Source of the DNA: Azolla caroliniana
Taxonomy: Eukaryota > Plantae > Polypodiophyta
Assembly (NCBI GenBank): GCA_043228905.1
Contig: JBHGNT010000015.1
Location: 15,686,001 to 15,750,000 of the forward strand
Reading direction: 5' to 3'
Length of the DNA stretch: 64,000 bases
The translations under genes were made by a program, and so were the position numbers. Shown here one piece after another: positions 49,995-61,719 of this stretch. The notes below the pieces were generated by a model, which was not told where the DNA came from, did not search any database, and saw nothing but the letters and a program-made list of their open reading frames with translations. Within the stretch, counting starts at the first letter, position 1; the number at the start of each line of letters is the position of its first letter.

Positions 49995-51343
49995 TCTTTT
50001 TTTCCGTAAATAATGGCTTTCATTATGAAAGAAAAAACACCACCATGACTAACTTACAACAAACTATAGAACCCCTTCTATCTAGGGATCTAAAGAAAAC
50101 TACGACACCAAACTCAATGCCACCCTACACACCAATTCAAATGGCGAATATGATGATATGTGACCTTGCAGAGTTCTCTCTCTTTCTGGTTGAGATTTCG
50201 TGACTTCTCTAGCACTGTCAATTGCCACAAAAGAAGTCCTTTTAACTTTAGAACATATTTTCTCACCCCCACTTGTGAATAAAAAATGAAGGCATTCCGC
50301 ATATTCCAATTGAACCATAGGCCCCAATACCTCAAGAACTCAAAAATAATTTGAGAATGAGGCATTGGTTCATTGTTCTCCATATGTGCAAAAACCAAAT
50401 TGAAGGAAGATAGACATACTTTGGTTAAAGACATCCACACTAAACTGGTACACCTCCAAACCATCCTTGCCATTGGGCAGGAAATAAATCGATGCCTACT
50501 ATGTTCCAATTCTACCGAACAAAAGAAACACAATCCTTTAGTAATGTTTCTTTTTTTTAATGCATCCCCCAATGGTAAAGCTCCAATCATAACTCTCCAA
50601 ACAAATACCTTGGCTCGTAGCATTAATCGAGAACACCAACCTGCCTTGATCACATGAAGCTACCAAGTAATGGGCTTATGAAACCCCCATATCCTTATAA
50701 CCCTTTCTTCCAACCACATATGTTTGTTAATCTACGTGTGATAAGCAACTTTTGTTGAGATCATAGTCAATCTCTTATTTCCAACAAACCTCCAATCAAG
50801 CTCTTGAGATCGCCCATCTAAATAAGGAATTGGCTCATACAATGATAGTATTTGTTGCAACTTATCCCAAATAAAGGTATAACCTTTTGGAATACGAAAT
50901 GTTGATCTGATTGTTCGAAAAGCCATTAATCTTCTTTGTGACACCAACATAGCATCCTTAATTGTTACCAAACCCAATCTAGCCATCCGATTAAATTGAA
51001 GGTTAAAAATTTGCTTACCTTCCCACTTCAACAACCTTGATGTCGCTAAAACCTCCATTTGTAATGAATTGGCACATCCCCTTTCTTGTGGGGGATGCCA
51101 TTCCACAAAATCTAACATACTTTGCCATGATGTCAACAAATGATCAACTATCATAGACCTTGCACATTTGACATCCCTATCATAATTAATTACATTCCAC
51201 CAATTTGCTTCAACCTTCATGTTTCCAAGCTTTATTCCGTTCTTCTCTATAAAGTATGCCACCATTTCTGTCCAAGGTTGTACACCTTCAAACATAAATC
51301 GAATGAAAGTAAATCGGCGAGCCACCATATGCTCATATAGATT

Positions 51344-51347
<4 letters not shown>
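49995..51347 (-). mobile_element. L1-type LINE 3' fragment, 5'-truncated at (TC)n 51348-51422
   Basis: ORFs 50732-51445 and 50114-50653 are homologous to 26721-28066 (AKVFVWRV, CFFC...HRFISC). Confidence 0.88.
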
Positions 51348-51426
<79 letters not shown>

Positions 51427-52063
51427 GTTTTACGCACACACACACAATTCCTTCCGTTGCACAAGATCACCTACACTCACGATTCTTTACAAAAAGAAAA
51501 AATAAACGATTCTAATGAATCACAAGAAAAAGAAGATGATGATGACAATTTAAATATCAATCATGGAAGTATATTTGAGTTGCAAAAGTGACAACAAGTA
51601 AGAAAGCATTTGGAAAGATTAATAATCATTCATTATTCGCAAAACATTTTTTGTTTTTGTCAAAAATTGATCATTGTGTAGAATCAAGTTCTTATGAAGA
51701 AGCATGTAATAAAAATGAATGATAGGAAGCCATGCATGAAGAAATGAATGCATTAAAGAAAAGTGGCATATGAGAATTGGTGTTGAGGATTGATGGTCAA
51801 AATATAATTGGATGTAGGTGGATTTATTAGGTAAAATACAAGTTTGAGGGTGTAATTAATTGACATAAAGCTAAACTTGTTGCAGAAGGCTATGCACAAA
51901 CTTATTGTTTAGATTATGAAGAAACATTTTCGTATGTCTCACAAATGTCAAGTTTAATATGTGTAATATCACTTGCCGTTAGTTAAAATTAGAGGCTTTA
52001 CCAAATGGATGTCAAAAATGCTTTTCTAAATGACAATCTAAATGAAATTGTTTACATGGACAA

Positions 52064-52169
52064 TGATAAAGGACATTGGGCATCCCTGACGAGGTCTTAG
52101 TACCTTCTGGAAGGGTGTTAGAGCTTAATCCTAATGTAAGCATGAAATAAGGAAATATAATATAGATAG

Positions 52170-52208
<39 letters not shown>

Positions 52209-53140
52209 GTGTTGATCCACTTGACCACCCCCAAGAGAAGGGATTGAGATGGACTCGAGCCTCAATCGGCATCCCATAACACCACGTTGGCATCAAGTCG
52301 TACCTCGTACCACTTGATCATAGTCTCAACATAGTCAAATGACATGCCTCATGAGGGTAGCTAGGCCTCATATTTATAGCCAAACCTAAGCCCCCCATGC
52401 AAGTTCACACTTGGCCCTTATGGGTTGTCTCAATTCCTAGGATTAAAAGTAATCATCCCTTCTTTACTCTCTCGATTAACCCTCGCACTTTATCCTCGTA
52501 TGTAGAATACTACAATATAACTTACCATGGGATAATGGTCATGCCCGCAACATACTCCCCCTCTTTAAAACATTGCACTCTTGCAATGAAAAGTTAGGGA
52601 AGTTAGTTTTAATGGTGTTTGCTCGTTCTCATGTAGCCTCCTTTATAGATTTATCCATCCATTTAATTTAAAATTCTCATTCTCATATTGTTTTAGAACG
52701 CAAATGTTTTGTTTTAACATCGAGAAATTTCTCTAGTGCATGTGGTTTAGAAGCTTAATCTTTAGAAGTAACCAGAGTTTCAGTTGTAACTGTATTGTCG
52801 CTAAAACCAAGAAGTTCTTTTAAAAGACTTACATGAAAAATTGGATGGATTTTGACACCATCAGGAAGACCGAGACGATAGGCTAATGAACCAATGTGTT
52901 TGAGGATTGTGAAAGGTCCATAAGAACGTGGGGCTAACTTAGCACACTTACTCGTAGACAATGTCTTAGAATTGTGAGGTACACGTAGAAATACCTTTTG
53001 TCTAGGGTTAAATACATGAGGTTGCCTATGATGATCAACATAAAACCGCACTCTATCTTGAGCTATTTTTATATTATCTCGTGCAATATGCAACATATCC
53101 TTTAGACAGTTTTGTGTACTTCGCAACTCATCATGATGTA
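52064..53140 (-). mobile_element. Ty3/gypsy 3' fragment (integrase C-terminus/chromodomain-like, PPT, LTR 52064-52552)
   Basis: KLAPRSYGPFTIL...AYRLGLP...HPIFHVSLLK; purine-rich PPT (aaagagggggagta on the minus strand) precedes TGTTGC; TG...CA ends. Confidence 0.8.
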
Positions 53141-53603
53141 TATTAACATCAATTGTAAACTATGTGTAAAAATCTCTCCTGACTAATGGGAAAGTAGCTC
53201 TTTTTTGGAAAAAAGAAAAAATCTCGTATACAAACTAAAGAATGCTTTATATGAAGTGAAACATGCACCATGTGCTTGATATGATAGGTTAACAAAGTAT
53301 TTATGAAAGACAAGATTTAAGCATAGTTTACAAACATGTATGTGTTATAATAATTGTAATTTACATTGATAATCTCATTATTAGAGGAACCAAATGATTA
53401 TTAAGTAATGTTAAGAAAGAATTGGCATATGAATTTGAGATGAAGGATTTTGGAGAACTATAGTATTTTCTTGGTTTAGAAGTTTTGAAATGCCCTAATA
53501 TTCTCATGTTGTGTTAGAAAAAATATATGATGGATATATTGAAAGCATTTATTATGCATGATTGTAAATCATTTAAAACACTAATGGAAACAAATGCAAT
53601 CTT

Positions 53604-56600
53604 TTTTCTTTTTTTTTTCCCAAAAAAACTCCTAGTAGTTATAAAATTTTACATATGAGATTAATATATACAAATCCCTGTAGGGACACGATAGGTCCAT
53701 TTTATGTGGATGTCCAGCGACTCAATAAAGGGGGAGGTCGACCATTGTTGGATGAATGCTAGTCGTTGTCTTTCAACTCCATCGGAGTTGCCCTTGAGGC
53801 CATCATATTGGCTTTTTAGCATGGCTACAACTTCACTCCATGTCTCTTGCACGATTTGGTTAGAGAAGACTCGTCTACACCCTTGTTTCCATAGAGTCCA
53901 AAGAGTTATTGGGCTAACCAATTCCAACACAACTTGAGATTTGGCATTGGATAGGAGTTGAGTGGACATTGTCGATGGTGGAGAAAAAAACCTCTTGTGA
54001 TTTTATCACCAAAACCATCCCCTCCTCCTAATGCTCGTATATGTCAAGTGGGGCCTACCATGATAGCCAACAAGTATTTCCCCACTTGATTAAGCCTTGA
54101 ACCTGGCATAATTGCAATAAGCGGCCAACCCCTTGCCATATTCGATGGGACTTTGGCCAGTCCCACAAAGAGTGTCAGATTGATTCTATTGCATTTGGGC
54201 ACGCTACACAATTAGGAGAGCTAAGGTTCCCACACTGCCATGCACCAACCGGTAGTGACCTATGTATTAATTGCCATTGGAAAGTGGTGATTTGCCGTGC
54301 GTGTTGTTGTTTCTAGATTTTTTTCCAAAACTTGGTAATAATTGTGTGAGGAACATGATATATGTGCCAGACCTTTGCAGCTGCGAGCTCTCGGGCGGTT
54401 TGAGTAGCTAGAATATAGCAACCCAATCTATTTGTGAATTGAAAGAAAGGGATGGGTTTGCTTCGTTGCCCCGCGTAAGGATCATGCCATGTCCATTGCA
54501 AAGGGTCCCAACTAACCTTACGTAGAAATGTGTTTTCGTGAGTACATATGTGCCAATCTGGTTGTACTTTGATAGGATCAGGATCTACAATCCATTTATG
54601 CCCAGTATACGCTAGTACTCGAATTGCCTTATTCTGTGTTGGTGTCTCATTGTCTTGCATTCCAAAGCTTGCGATCCTGTCTGGTGTTTCCCTACCTTTG
54701 GGGATCAAAGAGCCCTCCTCCTCGTAGCCTATCCATTTCTCTATTGTCGTCCTTTGATTAGCAGCTTCCCTAATCAGTAGAGCGTTAATGATTTCCAATC
54801 TCATAGCCCATCCGCCCCTGATTCCATGGAGTATGTTGGCTTGGTCTTGTTTGGCAATGACATCAACCGTCTCCAACATTTTATACTTTTTCCTGAACCT
54901 TCCGCATTGTATCCCCATGAAAACCCCTTACTTGATCCAATTAGTTGATTAGATTCATCTCTAATACATGGGTTCCATAGAATACGTTGACTAAGCCAAG
55001 CAAGTTTAGAGTTAGGTTGATCGCACTTGAGCCCTCGTCTAATGTCACACTACGCCTTCCACATGGATGCACTGAATCTATCCTCCAATTGGCGAGAGAA
55101 ACTAGGTTTGAGCTCCATGTTTAGAATCCATCCAGTTTTGGGGTCCCAATTGGCGCCTTTTTTTTATTTAAAGTAAGTGAAACGTAACCGCAACATCATT
55201 TTCCAGCAATCATTCCCTAGTTGGAGTCCTCGCACCACAAATTTGGCGAGTAGGGCTTTTGATTGTAAGAGGGGATCAATAAGACCCAATCCTCCTCTCG
55301 AGTTAGGTGATGTGAGTATAGGCCACGCCACCTTGGTCCGAGTTGCATGATCTTCCTTACCAGATCAAGTGTACCAACCGCTGAATTCGGTGTATACTTT
55401 TCTTGGATATTGTCCAACATGATAGGTTGTACCATGCTGTTGTGAGTAATACCTGATTTGCCACTATGATGCGCCCCGCTAGCAAGAGTTTTTTTGAACT
55501 CCAATGTATCAACTTTTGTCGAATGAAGTGAATAACTGGTGCAATCATAGTCTCTGGAGGTATGTTGAACCCAATTTGGAAACCCAAATATTTGGTGCTC
55601 GCTCCTTGATTGATCCACTTGAAAGCGGGATGGGGGTGCCACACAGGATGTGCTTCATGAGAAAGCCATATTGCACAGGATTTGTGGCAATTGATCATGG
55701 CATTGGATCTCTTGCAAAATACATCTAAACCACTCTCTAGCTTTTGTAGATTTTCCAAGTCCCCTTGTAGGTAGACTACGATGTCATCTGCAAATTCTAT
55801 ATCCAAGAGGTTTTGGTGAGAATGTGGCACCCTAAGACCACGTAGGTTTAGTTATCGCGAGTGTCATAGTGTAAATCACACACTACGTGAAATATGTAAA
55901 ATACTATATCCGATTTAAAGTACGTATAATAAATAATATAAGATATTAAAAAAATATTTATTACATGCATAGGGCAAGATTCAAACCTTGTACCCCCACG
56001 TAGACAAACCCCAACCTTACCATTGTACTAACTTATCCTTAGCGTTCTAAATATAGATTTAATACCTATAGGAAATAAAAGCATAGTGTAAAAAGCAACT
56101 CATGCACATTTAGTGTGCATGAACACTTTAGAAAAAGCATGAAGCTATGCTTAGCCTCTTCCATCCTTATATAAGGAGGAGAGAAAGATGTATGGTGTTG
56201 TTGATTATTTTACAAGGGTAGATTAATATAATATATTCGTGGTATTCACGAATTTGCTAACTATTTTTCTCTCTTAATCTGAGTACTCACTAATACATTA
56301 TACTCCTGGGATTCACGAGTTTTTCATATCTTTCTTTCTTACAATATATTTCATATTCTTAATTGCCTTAGAATTTTCTTTTCTCCTAGTCCAAAACCTC
56401 AATGGTTCCCGCCCGATTCACACAACGATCCAGAGCCGAAAGGCACGACAACGAGTTGAGAAAACTAGAGAGTGCTTTGGCGTATAATAGAAATAAGGAT
56501 GGAGCCAGTGGGCATCCCTATCGTACAGACCGCAATATTCGGAAGAAGGGGCCCCTTTCACCTGCTAATGAAACACAATTGTTGGTGTTCCTATAAAGTC

Positions 56601-59494
56601 CCGCAATGCCTTGGATCCATGACTCTTGAAAACCGAGTTTCCCCATCACACTTTCTAGAAAGCTCCAACATACCCTGGCATATGCTTTCTCAAAATCTAG
56701 GAGCACCACAACTACCTTGTTGTTGGTACGCTTGGCAAGGGCTACTGCTTCCCAAAATGAGAAAAGGTTGTTTAGGATGCTCCGATTTCTAACGAAACCT
56801 GTCTGGGACAGATGAATGAGTTGAGGGAGAAGTGGTGCTAAGTGGCGTGCCATGGTTTTTGCAAGCAACTTATAGACAGTATTGAGAAGAGTTATAGGCC
56901 GCCACTTACTAATGTCGTTGGCACTCCCACCACTTTTAGGAATGAGATGTATCATCCCCTATCCAAATTCCTCCAGCATGTTTCCAGAGGTGATGATCTC
57001 CTCGTATGCCTAGAGGAGGTCTTCTTTAATAGTGTCCCAAAGGCACGTGAAAAAGTGAGGAGTTAGGCCATTGATACCGAGGCAACTATCTGCATCCAAA
57101 TCGGAGAGGGTCTCCCATATCTCGATGTTTGATAAGGGACGCACGAGCCATGCATTCATTTCCATCGTGACTTTCTCGGGTATGCTCTGGAGGATAATAT
57201 CATCTCGTGTGTCTTCCCCTTGGCCATATTATCTTCGGTAAGTAGTCGTTTGTAGTAACTTGTGGCAATATTCCTCATTTCGTCGCCATCCTCAGTGTTC
57301 GTTCCATTCTCTCGGGTGAGGGTATGCATCATTGTTCTAGCATGCCTCGATCCCTTGAATCGGAAGAATTCCTTCGTGGATTTGTCCCCTACTCGAATCC
57401 ATCGAGCCATGCTTCCATGAAACTCCATGTCATAGATTGTCTTTTCCGCCATGATGAGTTCATGTTTGGCCATGACAACCTGTCTCGCGATCCAACTACA
57501 TGTCGGGTATCTTTGTTGGAGTCATTGTAAGGCTAATAGTCCCCGTTTTCTCCTCTTGCGCTTTTCCTTATCATTCTTGCTTCTGGTCTTGACAATCTTG
57601 TGTAGTAGAGTTGAAGCTCTTACTAATTTAGCTAGAAGTTTGTCAGATGCTAATGAGGCATTGACAGGTAATGACCATTGGCTGACGAGTTGTTCCTTCA
57701 CCTCTATGACTGTGTAGATAGTGTGTGGGATTCGAGGTTGAAATGGGCCCCACTTTTAGTGTAATTGAAAGTAACCAATTATTGGGTAATGGTCGGAGAA
57801 AGTCGTGCTTGGAGTTATGCGACACCACCCTCCCTTCGCTTTTAGGGCCTCGCCTACATAAATGTGGTCAATACGAGATAGGGTGGGTCCACTATTTCAC
57901 CCATCTAATCGGGAGAATAAGAGTGAGTCCCTTTTTCGTTGGAAGTTGTCCAAGTGCCATAGATCTCTTAGGTTAAGGTGTAAACATAACTTCTCCCATT
58001 GTTTTTGTTCCCTTCCTTGTAGAACTATGGGATTGTTGCTAGAGCTATCGTGAAGGGATTCGATCATATTGAAGTCCCCTCCAATGCACCAGTCCTCCGC
58101 ACCTGCTACTTGTAGGCGAATGCGCTGCCAGAATGTTGCCCCTTTTGTGCTACTATTTGGAGCATAAACATTCATGAAATTTTAGCGTTGGCATTGGATG
58201 GCCAACGTGCAAAAATGTACCCTACCAGGTATAAGTGATTCTCGATGTATTAAGCCTTGGGCTAGATGTTCTTGAATCAATGTGCAAATACCACCATGAT
58301 TTCCATCCTCCCCTATTGCTCTCTCCCAAATTGTTCGCCATGATCCTGGTAGAAGATCTCCGACTTCCTTTGAATGAGTACTATCGAGGTGGTGTTCCTA
58401 CAACATGATTATGTTAGCAGCACCCCCTAATATATATTCCTCAAGATCCCTTCTCAGGTTCCATCTGTTTTGCTAGTCTAGTTGACTCCTGAGCCCTTGG
58501 ACGTTCCATGTTACAATTTTCATACTCATGGAATAGGGTGAGAGAGTGCCAATTGTTCTTGATGCTTTGCACAACAGGTCGTGAGTGGAGAGCACTCACC
58601 ATTTAGACATCCAGTCATTTTCACTAATGGGATGACGGTCCAAATCCATGAGTGGAGTTTGTGGGCTATCCGGTGAGCTTCAGTCTCCCCTTCCTACTTC
58701 TCATAGAAATAGAAAAAACCTGGAGTTAGATGGGTGTCTATAATAGTCCGCGGGTGGACATGGCAGAGATGAGGTTCTTCTTCATCCATGGTGCACCAGA
58801 ATTCAGTGTTATTCCAATGCTTCTTTAGTTCGTTCATGAGGTCTTCGTCTCTTATTTTTGTTACAAAACATGTTGCTTGGCTACATAGCGTATCGTTAAT
58901 CTTGGATTTGGACCATTCTTCTTGTGCCGGTAGCAAGAGTGGAAAGGAGATTGATGTCGTTGGTACTCCATTATTGTGTATTGCCAATACATGTACCCTT
59001 ATTTTTTCCATTGTCTTATGCCCGATGCCTAGCCATTTGTTTTCAATAGCTATATGTACCTTGGACGGAAGTTTGTCGATGTCCGGCACCAAAAGGCGTA
59101 CAGAGGGAGGGCCTAGTTGCTTCTTTAGCCTGTCCGCTAGCGTTAGGTCCTCATCCAGCATCATACCAAAGGAGTTTCCAATAGTAGGAAGTAACATGTT
59201 GTATTCTAAGGATAAACCAAGAAACAACATTGTTACCTTTTTCATGGAGTCATCGTGTTGTGCAACCTTCTCTGGGTTAAAACCATGTGTCCATTTACGC
59301 ATGAATAACCACAGGGAGAGGGCAGGGCCTGCAAAGAGGGGATCTATGTGCCCTCCACTCTGTGATGTTAGGTGGGCGCGCTTCAGCTCTTGCTCTTGCT
59401 CTTGCTCCGTTCCCTGATGGCCTCTGCTCCTTTGCTCCTGCTCCTGCTCCTGCTCCAGTGCTCCCCGGTGGCCTCTGCTCCGCTCCTTGTCCTC
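53604..59494 (-). mobile_element. Degraded L1-type LINE with 15-bp TSD and poly(A) tail
   Basis: TSD aacaaatgcaatctt at 53589-53603 and 59495-59509. ORF1 ~58694-59494; ORF2 from 58523 (MKIVTWNVQG, NVYAPN, GGDFN, WRPITLLN, LDFEKAY, FADD, KYLG). Confidence 0.92.
55862..56450 (+). mobile_element. Solo LTR inserted in the LINE RT
   Basis: TGTC...GACA ends; TSD gcgag/acgag; TATA ccttatataagg at ~56166; the LINE frame resumes on either side. Confidence 0.8.
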
Positions 59495-60879
59495 AACAAA
59501 TGCAATCTTGATGAAATAGAAGGATGGTGATTGAGGATATCAAGAGATGTGAATACATAAATGGTAAGAAAGTTGATTTATCTTACCATTTCAAGACCAG
59601 ATATTGCATATGTCGTTAGTATTGTCAACAAATTCGTGTAAGCACATAAGCTTGCACACATGGTTGTAGTTAAAGGATATTTTGATATGTCAAAGGCATG
59701 ATAAATTTGCGATTGATGTATACAAACAATAAATTGTCTCTCTAGTTACATTGTGATGTAGATTGGGTGGGAAATAAAGCATCAAGAAAGAGCACAAGTG
59801 GAATTATGTGTTCGTTCGGAAGTGTAGTGGTGTCATGGTTGTCAATGAAACAACCGACAATTTCTTTAAGCACAATTTGAGTATAGAGTTGTTGCACAAG
59901 CTACTTGTGAGGCCATATGGACAGAGAAGTTGCTCAAAGAACTTGGATTTACTATACAAAGGCTGATTCAAATATTTTGTGATAACATAAGCTTGATTAT
60001 GTTGGCAAAAAAATCGGTTTTTCATGATAAGACCAAACATATTAAGGTCCACTATCATTATGTTCGTGAAAAAGTCATTGAAGGTATCATAAACCTAAAA
60101 TATATCAAAATTAAAGACCAATTTGTTGGTGTTCTCACAAAAGCTCTTCCAAAAGATAGATTCTTCAAATTTCGAAAAACGCTAGGACTCCGTGATATCA
60201 ATATGTGCTTGAGGGGGGATGTTGAGTAAAACATATAAGCACATATTGGGATTTGATCTCTAGACCTATTTATATACAAAACTTTGATCATACCACTAAT
60301 ATATACTAAACCTTTACAATAGATTATTATTATAAATAATAAATAAATTATTCATGTACTAGCGAAGTTTGCATGTGTCATGCATGAACGGAATAGACAA
60401 TAGTATATAAAGACCTCACATCCAAGAGGTGAAGATCATCAAGGGAAAGATAGCATAATGATATTGTATTTGACAATTAATACGAAGCACATTGTATTTA
60501 TTTGATGTTAAGATAATCTTTTATTCTCTTTCCCTATCTATGTAACGAGTCATGACTTCCTATTCAAGTATAACTAACATATACTCCCTTCTTTGCCAAT
60601 TACACAAGATGTCATCCCCGTTTGATGATATTTGAACATCCAAAAATTTCCAAATACCCACTTTGAGGGTCATCTACTTCATTATGCTTAAGCCAATTAA
60701 CATAAATTTGTAGATTTTCATTACCTTTACTCATCACCGAAAGAGCCTAAGATATGAGTTCGGGATTGTGTATATAGCTTTTACAAAGTAATCTAAAGAT
60801 TAACGGGCCTTGTGACAATTTGAGTATCAACGTCTTGGCCCATATGTGATCAATTACTCATCAGTGAAATTGTGTAGTG

Positions 60880-61200
60880 TCTTGATATTCCTCCTCTTAC
60901 GTGTTTCCATACGGTGTTCCATGTATCACTTTATGGAATCTTATGTTTCAAGCACTCTATTATTGTTTTCGTTCCTACCCCACTTCTCGTTTAACTTATT
61001 GATGGTCTAGAATACGAGGTGAAAACTATATTAGACTTCACGGTTATCTGTCATAAATTATACCATTTGATTTGATTAATTAGGTTATACGCCTAATGAT
61101 CAAATTGGGGAGCTTGTTGAGGATAACTCTAATGCCACACAACTTTTAGTTTAATTTTATCATTGATATTCCCAAATAAGCAAAATCCCAATTTGTGCAT
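60880..61200 (+). mobile_element. Highly degenerate gypsy integrase-end/chromodomain remnant
   Basis: 'HTVFHVSL' and 'DGLEYEVKTILD' readable among stops. Confidence 0.5.
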
Positions 61201-61719
61201 TGTGACTCATGGAACTTGTCATCAAAGGAAGGATAGTATCATGACCATACATATGAAACATTGGGAATGTCGTTGATGCCATAAAACTTGTAGCTGAATT
61301 TCACCGTTCATATAAACCAACTCCAAGTTTTTGCATTGGAACTCATGGAACTCGTCATCAAAGGTAAGTGATCATATCATGAGCATATACACAAAATGCT
61401 ATATAGAAATTTGAACCCATTGATATGATGTTTATTGTAGCTTTTTATGCATAGTTTGTAATATACATGTTATATTACAATATGTTATCACCTCACACAA
61501 GCTTTTGCATGATCACCAAATGACATGCTTGCATCAATGCTAAGTGGAGATCATTTGATGACGAGAATGCATGTGTCCCAACCATATGTATTATACAAGG
61601 AGGTGTTCTTGTAAGTGATGAATCATTCCATTCAATGCCAATCTTCAACATAATCTTGTTTTTCTTGCCAATACATATGGTTACATTCTTCTCTTATTTC
61701 CCTTGTTTTTTCATATTAC

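Larger units (their letters stand above)
51560..60579 (+). mobile_element. Degraded Ty1/copia RT-RNase H plus 3' LTR (60220-60579), split by gypsy and LINE insertions
   Basis: IGCRWIY, QMDVKNAFL (52000-52063), YKLKNALY (53230), YFLGLEV, SRPDIAY, FCDN...TKHIKVHYHYVRE. PPT ttgagggggga is followed by TGTTGAG...CTAACA. Confidence 0.85.
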
